Below are positions 9,917 to 18,626 of a stretch of 64,000 bases of DNA, in pieces. This stretch comes from an uncultured Candidatus Binatia bacterium (GTDB lineage Bacteria > Desulfobacterota > Binatia > Bin18). How positions within the stretch are numbered: position 1 is the stretch's first letter; each line of letters starts with the position of its first letter. The stretch spans positions 2,831,008 through 2,895,007 of the forward strand of contig OZ243961.1 in assembly GCA_965214605.1 (NCBI GenBank), read 5' to 3'. Both the position numbers and the translations under genes were made by a program. The notes below the pieces were generated by a model. The model searched no databases, was not told the DNA's origin, and saw nothing but the letters and a program-made list of their open reading frames with translations.

Positions 9917-10324
9917 ATGGAAGTGAGGGGCAAACGATCGTATTGGTGGACATGGGGCAGGCTTACAACGCTGGCTCTCAGCGTTTTTGTCTTCGCCTCG
10001 TGGGCCACTGCTCAGCCTGGTACTGCGCAAGAAGCAGTCCACAAGTTCACAGTCGTCAATGTGTCATTCGAAGGCTCGAAGATGTTTGTGCCTTCGGTGT
10101 TGGCCGTGTCCAAGGGAGCAAAAGTCTCCGTCACTGTCATCAATAATATTCCCGGCGACCCTCCTAACCACGGGTTTGCGATTCCGGCGTTTGAGGTTGA
10201 GACCGTGGTCAATCACGGTGAGAAAAAGACGGTTGAATTTATGGCTGACAAGGCGGGGATTTTTGACATTCGGTGTCAGTTGCATCCAGCCCACGTGCAT
10301 GGACAGTTGATCGTGAAAGACTAG
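9917..10324 (+). CDS. Small secreted cupredoxin-fold (blue-copper-like) protein
   Basis: 135 aa with a signal peptide. Candidate Cu ligands are H in NHGFAIPAF plus C/H/H/Q in DIRCQLHPAHVHGQLIV. Size and beta-rich composition are typical of cupredoxins. Confidence 0.55.
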   Translation: MEVRGKRSYWWTWGRLTTLALSVFVFASWATAQPGTAQEAVHKFTVVNVSFEGSKMFVPSVLAVSKGAKVSVTVINNIPGDPPNHGFAIPAFEVETVVNHGEKKTVEFMADKAGIFDIRCQLHPAHVHGQLIVKD

Positions 10325-10333
10325 CGATCGGTT

Positions 10334-11341
10334 TTAGGCCGGGTGTCTGTCCACCTTCTGCAGTAACATCTCGATAAGGAAATCCGTCTCTATGCCCTCG
10401 GCCTCGGCCTGAAAGTTGAGCAAACACCGGTGGCGTAGGGCGGGCAGGGCCACATCGGTAATATCTTCGTAGCTGACGTTCACCCGTTTATCTAGGAGAG
10501 CGTTGACCTTCGCTCCTAAGGTAATCGCCTGCGCGCCGCGCGGACTGGGGCCAAAGCGTAAATATTGGTTAATCTCGGGCAGGGCCTCGGCATTGCCTGG
10601 GGTTGCCGAGGCAATCAGACGGGCGATGTAGTGGTTCAGCGGCGGAGCCAGTAAGACTTCCCGGACGAGCCCCTTCAGCTGTTCAACCTGGGCGGCGGCC
10701 TGTTCCTCAGAGTCGAGCAGAGCGTGCACCTCATAATGCTTTTCGGTGGTCGTCCGATTGAGGATTTCGGTCAGTTCCCCAGTATTGGGCGAGCGAATGA
10801 TGAGCTTGAACAAAAATCGGTCGAGTTGGGCCTCGGGCAGCGGATAGGTCCCCTCAATTTCAATCGGATTTTGGGTTGCCATGACAAAAAAGGGCGGGGG
10901 CAGGCGGTGTGTCTGGCCAAACACGGAGACCTGGTGCTCTTCCATGGCTTCCAGAATGGCCGACTGGGTTTTGGGCGTGGCGCGATTGACTTCGTCAGCC
11001 AGGACGATGTGGGTGAAAACCGGACCTGGCTTGAACTCAAAAGACCGCTCGTTGCCGCTTTCGGATAAGACTTCCGTGCCCACAATATCCGACGGCATCA
11101 GGTCGGGGGTAAACTGAATCCGCTTGGAGCCTAAGGTCACCGCCCGACTCAGGGATTTCATCAGCAGGGTTTTGCCTAAGCCGGGCGCGCTCTCCAGCAA
11201 AACATGCCCCCCGGCAAAAAAGGCGGTCAGCACTTTACGCACAATCTCGCGATTGCCGACAATAACGCGTCCGACCTCTTCCTCTAGCGTGCTGAAGAGC
11301 TGACAAAAGCGCTCTATACGGTTTTCGTCTGCCTGGATCAT
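10334..11341 (-). CDS. MoxR-family AAA+ ATPase
   Basis: 335 aa with Walker A (ESAPGLGKT) and Walker B (VLADEVNRA). Overall pattern matches MoxR/RavA-like AAA_3. Confidence 0.9.
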   Translation of the reverse strand: MIQADENRIERFCQLFSTLEEEVGRVIVGNREIVRKVLTAFFAGGHVLLESAPGLGKTLLMKSLSRAVTLGSKRIQFTPDLMPSDIVGTEVLSESGNERSFEFKPGPVFTHIVLADEVNRATPKTQSAILEAMEEHQVSVFGQTHRLPPPFFVMATQNPIEIEGTYPLPEAQLDRFLFKLIIRSPNTGELTEILNRTTTEKHYEVHALLDSEEQAAAQVEQLKGLVREVLLAPPLNHYIARLIASATPGNAEALPEINQYLRFGPSPRGAQAITLGAKVNALLDKRVNVSYEDITDVALPALRHRCLLNFQAEAEGIETDFLIEMLLQKVDRHPA

Positions 11342-11351
11342 GTCTGTCCGG

Positions 11352-12782
11352 TTATTCGAGAAGCGGGCGGTACTCCAGGGGGATGCGCTGGCTGGTCTGC
11401 GTTGGCGCGCGCGGCCGGTTCATGAGCGGAGCGTTCCTGTACGGCGTGGTGGGCTGGGCCGGACTGGTATTGGCCGTCCGTTGCTCGGTGTCGCTCTGAT
11501 CCGCCTCCCCGGCTGGCACCCGGACTTTGACAAAGCGCACGTCTTGGGTCAGAAAGCCGCCCACTTTTTCTCCAGCTTGGACAAACCGCTGAGCTTTTCC
11601 TTGACTCGGGCCTTCACCGCTGTCCTGCTCTTTGGGGGCCGTTTGGTTGGGGGGGGCGGACTGGGAAGCGGGCGTGTCTGGTCGGTGGTGTGGGTGTTCT
11701 CCGGGGCGATTCGGGTCTTCTCCTTGGGAGCGCTGTGCGGGATCGTGCCGGGCCGATATCTCAGTCGCTCCTTCTGCCTGGTGGTTGGACGGCTGCTGCT
11801 TTTCGCCGTGCTGCTCGGGCTGCTCAAATTGAATGCCGCCCCCCTCCTGTTGGGGCGACTCGGTCTGACGGTTCTGATCGCTCTCTGACGCCCCGTTATC
11901 CCGCCGGTGTTGGCGTGCTTCGGTTCCCTCAGCCGCTGAGGGGCGTTCGTTGAGGCCCGCAGACTGTTGCTTCTTGCTCAGGTCCTGCTTGCCCACCCCG
12001 TCCTGCTGACCCTCAGTGGTAAACAGGTTGAGGTCGATTGGCAGCAGCTGAGGGAGCTCGATATTGAGGGTGATTCGCTTCTTAGCCTCCTTGGTCAGGC
12101 GTTCTTTTTCGCGTCGACTCAGATCCGGTGCTCTGAGTTGCTCGACTAGGGCGACGAGCTCAGCGCCGGCCGCTCTCTCTTGTGGCGTGGTGCCCCGCGT
12201 CGCCAGTTCATGGGCTCTTTTTTCGAGTTCGGCCAGCTGTAGCGGCTTTTGTGAAGGGGGCAGAGGGGAAGAATGTAGGGCTGAAATAGGCCGAGACGGC
12301 GGCCAAAACAGGCTAAAAGCTACGGCCACACCCAGGCCGAGCAGTCCGATTGGCACACGCCTGTCTAGCCGAAACGGCAGATCCCGTTCCGGAACAAAAA
12401 ATGTCGTCCGCCTGGCCGCGTCACGCTGCAGCAGGGGCAACAGACCGGTGTGTTCTGGAGGCTGTGAGAGGGTGGTTAAGGTCAGGAAGCGCTCTTTGCT
12501 CAGTGTTTTCTCGTCCAACAGTGCAGCCACGGGTTGGGGCTTGGTGCTGTTTTGAGTGCGGCGGATGGCCTTCCAGAAGAAGAAAGCCCACACGCCGAGG
12601 GGACCGAGTAGCAGAGCGAGTGGCCAGGACAGGGTTGCCAGCAACAAGAAGCTGCCCAGACCGATCGTCAATCCTAGGGGCAGAAAGAAGCCGAGGACGT
12701 TGAGACACCGCTGGCGACGGAGGCGCTTGGCCGTCGTGTTGATCAGGGCCAAGGGGGCGGAGAGGGGTTCTTGCCGAGCCAT
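11352..12782 (-). CDS. Membrane protein with coiled-coil and long low-complexity Q/E/P/S-rich C-terminal tail, co-operonic with moxR
   Basis: 476 aa. Three predicted TM helices near the N-terminus, a coiled-coil segment (LQLAELEKRAHEL...REKERLTKEAKKR), then about 200 aa of disordered sequence. Its stop lies 10 nt before the moxR start. No family recognised, and because the genome is high-GC the ORF may be partly artefactual. Confidence 0.45.
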   Translation of the reverse strand: MARQEPLSAPLALINTTAKRLRRQRCLNVLGFFLPLGLTIGLGSFLLLATLSWPLALLLGPLGVWAFFFWKAIRRTQNSTKPQPVAALLDEKTLSKERFLTLTTLSQPPEHTGLLPLLQRDAARRTTFFVPERDLPFRLDRRVPIGLLGLGVAVAFSLFWPPSRPISALHSSPLPPSQKPLQLAELEKRAHELATRGTTPQERAAGAELVALVEQLRAPDLSRREKERLTKEAKKRITLNIELPQLLPIDLNLFTTEGQQDGVGKQDLSKKQQSAGLNERPSAAEGTEARQHRRDNGASESDQNRQTESPQQEGGGIQFEQPEQHGEKQQPSNHQAEGATEISARHDPAQRSQGEDPNRPGEHPHHRPDTPASQSAPPNQTAPKEQDSGEGPSQGKAQRFVQAGEKVGGFLTQDVRFVKVRVPAGEADQSDTEQRTANTSPAQPTTPYRNAPLMNRPRAPTQTSQRIPLEYRPLLE

Positions 12783-12791
12783 GGATCTGTC

Positions 12792-13844
12792 TTAGGAAGG
12801 ATGTCTTTTGGAGCGGTATTTTTGAAAACGCCGGACAGCCCGATTGTGCTCGGCCAGAGTGACTGAAAACTGGTGGGTGCCATCGCCGCGCGCCACAAAG
12901 TACAGGTAGTCCGTGTTTGCCGGGTACAGGGCGGCCCGCAGGGCGGCTAGGCCGGGGTTGGCAATCGGGCCTGGCGGGAGACCATGGATCACATAGGTGT
13001 TATACGGCGTTGGCGTTTGCAGGTGGCGGCGGGTGAGATTCCCGTCAAAATTTCTAATGCCGTAAATAACGGTTGGATCGCACTGAAGTCGAATGCCCCT
13101 GCGGAGCCGGTTGTGAATGACCGATGCGATCAGCGGACGTTCCGCGGCCTTGCCGGTCTCTTTTTCAATAATTGAGGCCAGCGTCACCACCTCGTGCTGG
13201 CTGAGCCCTAACTCGACGGCCCGCCGGTCCAGGGTCAGATCCCAGGAGGCATAAAACCGGGCGAGCATCGTGCCTAAGATCTCTTGGGCCGAGGCGCGAA
13301 CCGAGAACTGATAGGTGGCCGGGTAGAGGTAGCCTTCGAGGCTGTTTGCCGGCAGTCTCCAATCGGCCAGAAATTGAGGATCGGCATTGAGACACAGAAA
13401 GCTCTCAGCCGCTCCAAACCCCCGCTGTTCGAGCAGCCGCGCAATCTGAGCCAAGCTGAAGCCCTCGGGAATAGTGATGGACTGGTGCACAAGCTGGCCC
13501 CGGCTCAGCTGATTGAGCAGAGCCAGCGGAGAGAGGGGCTCAGGAAAGAGATATTCTCCGTGCTGGATCTTTCTGTCCACCCCGCTCAAGCGGGCCCATA
13601 AGCGAAAGACCTGGACCTGGCTTAGCAGCCCTTCGGCATGCAGATGCCGGGCAATTACTTCGAGTGACGAACCGTTTTGGACAAAGAAACGAACGGGTTG
13701 GAGCAGTGGTGGGCCCGGTGTGACCAGAGCACGATAGCCAAACCAGGCAACACTCCCACCGATCAGAAGCGGCATGAGCAGGATCACCAGGAGCAGGGAG
13801 TACTTTCCCCGTTTGCCTGTTTGCATGGCAAAAAACACTACCAT
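12792..13844 (-). CDS. mltG: Endolytic murein transglycosylase MltG (YceG-like)
   Basis: 350 aa with an N-terminal TM anchor and YceG family motifs (ASIIEKETG, LQCDPTVIYG, LPPGPIANPG). Confidence 0.85.
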   Translation of the reverse strand: MVVFFAMQTGKRGKYSLLLVILLMPLLIGGSVAWFGYRALVTPGPPLLQPVRFFVQNGSSLEVIARHLHAEGLLSQVQVFRLWARLSGVDRKIQHGEYLFPEPLSPLALLNQLSRGQLVHQSITIPEGFSLAQIARLLEQRGFGAAESFLCLNADPQFLADWRLPANSLEGYLYPATYQFSVRASAQEILGTMLARFYASWDLTLDRRAVELGLSQHEVVTLASIIEKETGKAAERPLIASVIHNRLRRGIRLQCDPTVIYGIRNFDGNLTRRHLQTPTPYNTYVIHGLPPGPIANPGLAALRAALYPANTDYLYFVARGDGTHQFSVTLAEHNRAVRRFQKYRSKRHPS

Positions 13845-13947
13845 TCCCCGCTTTGCAACACAATCTGGGCCGCCGCCGTTGTTCTTGACAATCTTGTCCA
13901 GGGCTGGCAGGCTTAGCCGTATTTTCCGTCCGGGGGTCGGATACTAA

Positions 13948-15459
13948 ATGGGATATGATGATGAGGGTACTTCCCACATCCGTATAGGGCACCAAGCTGG
14001 CCAAATTCAGCTCCTGATTCTTGCTCCTATTCTGACCCTTTGTTTTTTAGGGCTTGTAGTCCGCAGTGCCAGCTCGGCCGTTGATCATCGGATTGAAAAG
14101 CAAAAGGTTGCCGAACAGCTCAAGCAGCGGTTGAGCGAGGTCCATAACGACCTCACTCCGCCGAGGCTGAGCCGCCCCGACGCCTTGCTCCTTCCCGCCC
14201 CAGAGATGACGGCCGACCCGCCCCTGCCGCCAGGTGAGCCGTCTTCTGTCGCTGAGTCGATCGCTGATCAGCCCGAGGTCGTGGCGGTTGCGAGTGCCGA
14301 GCGGCTGATTCAGCCCCAATCCTTTCCGTTCCAGACCACGCACCAAGTGCGGAAGAACGAGACCTTTGAGACCATCCTCCGAGGCCAGGGGCTTGGACGT
14401 CAGGAGAGCGGGAAATGGATTGCAGCCTGGATTGCGGCCGCCAAAAAAGAGAGACAAGTCCGCAAACTGCAAATCGGTCAGCGCTTCTCCTTTCTATTTG
14501 ACAAAGGTCCTGCGGCGCCGATTCTGAGCAGTCTGAGCTATGAATTCAGTGCTCTCTCACAGCTGGTTCTTGAACGAACGGCGGACGGCGGCGTCACCTC
14601 CCACCTTGAGACGCTACCGACCACTTTGGTATGGCGGGCGACTGCCGGGCGGATTACCAGCAGTCTGTATGAGGCGGCGGTGAATAAAGCCGGGGTGCCC
14701 GACCGGATTGTTGACGAAATAATCGATCTAGGGTGGAATCTCGACTTCTCTTCCGACCTCAGAGCCGGAGACATCTTCAAGGTGATCTTTGAAGAGTACC
14801 AGCGTGACGGCAAGCCGGTTCAATACGGGCGCGTCTTAGCGGCTGAAATCGTTAATCGGGGCAAGGCTTCGAAGGTTTTTTTCTCCGACCAGAACGGACG
14901 TTTCCTGCGTTACCCGCTGCGTTTCACCCGGATTTCGTCGGTGTTTACTAAGAACCGGTTTCATCCTATTCTTAAACGCCACCGACCCCATAACGGCGTT
15001 GATTTTGCCGCCCCACGCGGCACGCCGGTGCGGACGGTGGCCGATGGGAAGGTCACCTACGCCAGCTGGAAGGGCGGATTCGGTCGGCTTGTCCGCATCG
15101 ACCATCCTGGGCCGTACGCTACTGAGTACGCCCATCTCCATAGAATTGACAAAAGGGTCAGGGTTGGAGCGTGGGTCAAGCGCGGTCAAAGGATTGGCAG
15201 TGTGGGGGCGACCGGTTTGGCCACTGGACCACATCTCCACTTCGGGTTGTTTAAAAACGGCAAATACGTCAATCCGTTGAGCACAAATTTACCCTACATC
15301 GCCCCTAAAACCGACACCCAGAAATCCGACCCGGTCCAGGTCAAGCTGAAAAAAGCGCTGGTCGAATACCTGGCTCAGCTAGAATTTGACCAAACCTTGG
15401 CAACCCGAGTATTTGCCGCTGTGACCCCGGCCCCACCGCCAAACCAGCCCCGCTCCTGA
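13948..15459 (+). CDS. M23-family metallopeptidase (membrane-anchored)
   Basis: The C-terminal HxxxD and HxH motifs of LytM/M23 are present (HNGVDFAAPRGTPV, GPHLHFGL). There is an N-terminal TM segment. The start codon is uncertain. Confidence 0.8.
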   Translation: MGYDDEGTSHIRIGHQAGQIQLLILAPILTLCFLGLVVRSASSAVDHRIEKQKVAEQLKQRLSEVHNDLTPPRLSRPDALLLPAPEMTADPPLPPGEPSSVAESIADQPEVVAVASAERLIQPQSFPFQTTHQVRKNETFETILRGQGLGRQESGKWIAAWIAAAKKERQVRKLQIGQRFSFLFDKGPAAPILSSLSYEFSALSQLVLERTADGGVTSHLETLPTTLVWRATAGRITSSLYEAAVNKAGVPDRIVDEIIDLGWNLDFSSDLRAGDIFKVIFEEYQRDGKPVQYGRVLAAEIVNRGKASKVFFSDQNGRFLRYPLRFTRISSVFTKNRFHPILKRHRPHNGVDFAAPRGTPVRTVADGKVTYASWKGGFGRLVRIDHPGPYATEYAHLHRIDKRVRVGAWVKRGQRIGSVGATGLATGPHLHFGLFKNGKYVNPLSTNLPYIAPKTDTQKSDPVQVKLKKALVEYLAQLEFDQTLATRVFAAVTPAPPPNQPRS

Positions 15460-15513
15460 CCCCCCTCCTCAGGTCGCCTTAGGCCGCTCTCTGTCAGAGG
15501 CTGCTGGCCGGGA

Positions 15514-15543
15514 GTTGACACTCTCAAGTCGCTCACGTAGGTA
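15514..15543 (+). promoter_or_regulatory. Candidate sigma70-type promoter for rplU-rpmA
   Basis: TTGACA (15515-15520), a 17-nt spacer, then TAGGTA (15538-15543) immediately upstream of the rplU start. This implies a very short leader. Confidence 0.3.
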
Positions 15544-15550
15544 GGTGAAG

Positions 15551-15865
15551 ATGGCATATGCAGTTATTCGAACTGGTGGAAAACAGTACCGGGTGGAGCC
15601 TGGTGAGTTGCTCAGAATCGAATCCTTGAAAGGCGAGCCCGGCAGCCAAGTGCAGTTTAGTGAGGTGCTGCTCACCTCAAGTGGGGGGACGGTGCAGGTT
15701 GGTATGCCAACCGTTGCTGGAGCCAGTGTGATGGCCGAGATTGTCGAGCACGGCAAAGAGCAAAAAATTGTTGTGTTTAAGAAAAAACGACGCAAAGGAT
15801 ACCGCCGCAAACATGGCCATCGCCAGCAGTTTACGGCCGTGCGCGTCCAGAGCATCAGTGTCTGA
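15551..15865 (+). CDS. rplU: 50S ribosomal protein L21
   Basis: Starts [15 protein letters not shown], the canonical L21 N-terminus, and has a [15 protein letters not shown] basic tail. ATG at 15551; the track starts at an upstream GTG at 15545. Confidence 0.95.
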   Translation: MAYAVIRTGGKQYRVEPGELLRIESLKGEPGSQVQFSEVLLTSSGGTVQVGMPTVAGASVMAEIVEHGKEQKIVVFKKKRRKGYRRKHGHRQQFTAVRVQSISV

Positions 15866-15891
15866 TTTCTATACCTTGGGGAGGACAAGCC

Positions 15892-16170
15892 ATGGCGCAT
15901 AAAAAAGGACAAGGATCAAGTCGGAATGGACGCGACAGTCCGGGCCAGCGACGTGGTGTGAAACTCTTTGGCGGTCACCACGCCAAGGCCGGTAATATCA
16001 TTATTCGTCAACTCGGTACCAGAATCTACCCAGGTTCAAACGTTGGTATGGGGCGTGACTATACGCTCTTTGCCAAGGTCGACGGCATTGTCCGTTTCGA
16101 ACGGATGGGGAAGACCCGCAAACGGGTGAGCGTGCATCCGGCCCCGACAGCCACCTTCCCTGCATCATAA
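15892..16170 (+). CDS. rpmA: 50S ribosomal protein L27
   Basis: Starts [16 protein letters not shown]...GVK.FGG, canonical for L27. Confidence 0.95.
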   Translation: MAHKKGQGSSRNGRDSPGQRRGVKLFGGHHAKAGNIIIRQLGTRIYPGSNVGMGRDYTLFAKVDGIVRFERMGKTRKRVSVHPAPTATFPAS

Positions 16171-16316
16171 GTGTCATCAGTTTAAGGTGGGGGATGGCTC
16201 TCATCCTCTTCGCTATCATCATCCACCTTGGCGTGCCGCGGGTCATCCTCCCGGTTCACAAAGATGTCGTCCAGGCTGAGGATGCAGAAGGAGACCGGCG
16301 CCAGTCTCATTTTTGT

Positions 16317-16340
16317 AAAGCCCCGCACGGGGCTTTTTTT
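16317..16340 (+). terminator. Rho-independent terminator after rpmA, directly abutting the obg start
   Basis: AAAGCCCCGCACGGGGCTTTTTTT. A GC-rich 6-bp stem (GCCCCG/CGGGGC) with a 2-nt loop is followed by T7. The obg ATG is at 16346. Confidence 0.6.
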
Positions 16341-16345
16341 GTGCT

Positions 16346-17419
16346 ATGCACTTCGTTGATGAAGTTCGGGTTTTTGTCAAAGCGGGCAACGGCGGCAATG
16401 GCTGTATCAGTTTCCTGCGCGAAAAATACCGCCCCCGAGGTGGGCCCAATGGCGGCAATGGCGGCAATGGTGGGAGTGTGATTTTTCAGGTTGACCCGCA
16501 ACTCAGCACCTTACTCGACCTGCGCTATACCCAACATCTCCGGGCGGCGGACGGTGAGCATGGACGTGGCAAGGATCAGAACGGTCGTAACGCCCAGGAT
16601 CGTGTTGTCCGTGTGCCGCCCGGGACCCTCATTCGTGACTTTGACAGCGGAGCAGTGCTGGCCGACCTGACCCAGCCCGGCAGCCAGGCCGTTATGGCCA
16701 GCGGGGGAAGAGGCGGGAAGGGCAATAGGTTTTTTGCCTCGGCCAGAAACCGACTGCCGCGTCAGGCTCAGCCTGGACAAGCGGGAGAAGAGCGCACGTT
16801 GCGGCTTGAGTTGCGCGTCCTGGCCGACGTGGGCCTAGTCGGATTTCCGAATGTTGGGAAATCGACCCTATTGTCTAGCGTGTCTGCTGCCCAGCCCCGG
16901 ATTGCGGATTTTCCGTTTACCACTTTGACACCCCACCTTGGTGTCGTCCGCTACGGAGACGACGGCACGTTTGTGATGGCCGACATTCCCGGACTGATTG
17001 AGGGCGCGCATGAAGGTCATGGGCTTGGCACACGCTTTCTGCGTCACCTGTCACGCACCTCGGTCTTGGTCTGTCTGCTCGATATTTCGGATCCGCAACG
17101 CGATCCGTGGCACGACTATGAAGTCCTCATGCATGAGCTCCACAGCTTTGATCCAGCCCTGGTCAAACAGCCCCGGCTGGTCGTGGTCACGAAGTATGAT
17201 CTGGCCGTAACGCAGGAGCGCTTTGCCGAGGTGGCGGCAACATTTGCCACCCATGATATAAAGCTGATAACGCTCAGCGCCATCAGTCGCAAGGGCGTGA
17301 GCAACCTGATCTGGAAAGTTGCTCATACGCTGGCCGACGCTCGACAGCAAGCCGAGGAAGATACCGCCGACCTCGGCGCGTCCACCCAGCCTGATGAGGA
17401 CGCGCAGATATGGGATTAG
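16346..17419 (+). CDS. obg: GTPase Obg/CgtA
   Basis: N-terminal Obg fold with glycine-rich repeats (GGPNGGNGGNGG). G-domain motifs G1 GFPNVGKST, G3 DIPGLIEGA and G4 TKYD. Confidence 0.95.
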   Translation: MHFVDEVRVFVKAGNGGNGCISFLREKYRPRGGPNGGNGGNGGSVIFQVDPQLSTLLDLRYTQHLRAADGEHGRGKDQNGRNAQDRVVRVPPGTLIRDFDSGAVLADLTQPGSQAVMASGGRGGKGNRFFASARNRLPRQAQPGQAGEERTLRLELRVLADVGLVGFPNVGKSTLLSSVSAAQPRIADFPFTTLTPHLGVVRYGDDGTFVMADIPGLIEGAHEGHGLGTRFLRHLSRTSVLVCLLDISDPQRDPWHDYEVLMHELHSFDPALVKQPRLVVVTKYDLAVTQERFAEVAATFATHDIKLITLSAISRKGVSNLIWKVAHTLADARQQAEEDTADLGASTQPDEDAQIWD

Positions 17420-18567
17420 TCGAGACCCAACTCCCTCATAAAGTCGACATCCTGCGACGTGTCCGTCGGGTCGTGATCAAGGTTGGCAGCAGTATCCTTT
17501 CCCAGCAGAATGGGGTGAATGTCAACAGTGTTGACCGTCTGGCACGAGACATGTCGGCGCTGCTGCGGACCGGAAGCGGAGACCGGGACAGAGAGGTCGT
17601 TCTGGTCAGCTCAGGAGCCGTTGCAGCAGGAATGGGGCGCTTAGGCGTTCAACCCGAGCGGTTCCGAACGATTCCGACTAGACAGGCCGCGGCTGCGGTC
17701 GGCCAGATCACGTTGATGGCCCTGTATGAGCAGGCTTTTTCACGCCACGGGGCCCATGTCGGCCAGATTTTGCTGACCCATGACGATGTGGCCGACCGAC
17801 GCCGCTATCTGAACGCCAAGCACACCATGCGAACCCTGCTTGAGACCGGCGTTATCCCAATTGTGAACGAGAACGATAGTGTGGCGGTCGAGGAGATTGA
17901 GTTTGGCGATAACGATCATCTGTCAGCCCTGGTCGCCGTCCTGATTGAGGCCGATCTGTTGGTTATTCTGAGCGATGTCGAGGGGCTGTACGAGCGCGAC
18001 CCTCGGCTGCATGCCGACGCCCGACTAGTGTCCCTGGTTGAGCGGTGTGATATGTCCTATACCACTGGTGGCGCGGGCCCACTCGGTCGGGGCGGTATGA
18101 CGTCCAAGCTCCAAGCCGCCCATAAGGCGGCCCTGTCTGGCATCCCGACTATTATTGCCGATGGGCGCCACGATACGAGTTTGCAGGCTGTTTTCAATCC
18201 ACAGATTCCAACCGGGACCTTGTTTCTGCCTGTCAGCGATCGTCTTACCAGCCGCAAGCACTGGATCGCCTATACTCTCAAACCGGCCGGCAGCCTACAA
18301 CTCGACGCCGGTGCCGCCAACGCGGTCCGCCGTGCAGGCCGCAGTCTGCTGCCGGCCGGGGTGCGTGAGATACAGGGCTCCTTTGGGGTTGGTGACTGTG
18401 TCGCCTGTGTGGATGAAAGCGGACAGGAGTTTGCCCGGGGGCTGGTCAACTACCATTCGGCGGCTCTTGCCCAGATCAAGGGCCTCAAAACCGGCCAAAT
18501 TGAGCAGATTTTGGGCTATAAAGTCAGCGATGAGGTCATCCATCGGGATGATTTGGCACTTTTGTAA
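17410..18567 (+). CDS. proB: Glutamate 5-kinase (with C-terminal PUA domain)
   Basis: The VIKVGSS...VSSGAVAAG amino-acid-kinase fold and a C-terminal PUA domain. Overlaps the obg stop by 10 nt. Confidence 0.9.
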   Translation: MGLVETQLPHKVDILRRVRRVVIKVGSSILSQQNGVNVNSVDRLARDMSALLRTGSGDRDREVVLVSSGAVAAGMGRLGVQPERFRTIPTRQAAAAVGQITLMALYEQAFSRHGAHVGQILLTHDDVADRRRYLNAKHTMRTLLETGVIPIVNENDSVAVEEIEFGDNDHLSALVAVLIEADLLVILSDVEGLYERDPRLHADARLVSLVERCDMSYTTGGAGPLGRGGMTSKLQAAHKAALSGIPTIIADGRHDTSLQAVFNPQIPTGTLFLPVSDRLTSRKHWIAYTLKPAGSLQLDAGAANAVRRAGRSLLPAGVREIQGSFGVGDCVACVDESGQEFARGLVNYHSAALAQIKGLKTGQIEQILGYKVSDEVIHRDDLALL

Positions 18568-18626
18568 GACAGAGCTAATCGTGATAGCGAACAGTATCTT
18601 TGGATATCACGATTTGGGAGACCGGT

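Noticed and set aside
11340-11888. 182-aa plus-strand ORF and neighbours overlapping the MoxR-associated membrane-protein gene
   Set aside because: Gly/Arg-rich low-complexity translation antisense to the longer ORF. There is no Shine-Dalgarno or start context.
16380-16480. Apparent short tandem DNA repeat (ggcggcaatgg x3)
   Set aside because: It encodes the glycine-rich GGNGGNGG strands of the Obg N-terminal fold. It is not a VNTR or CRISPR array.
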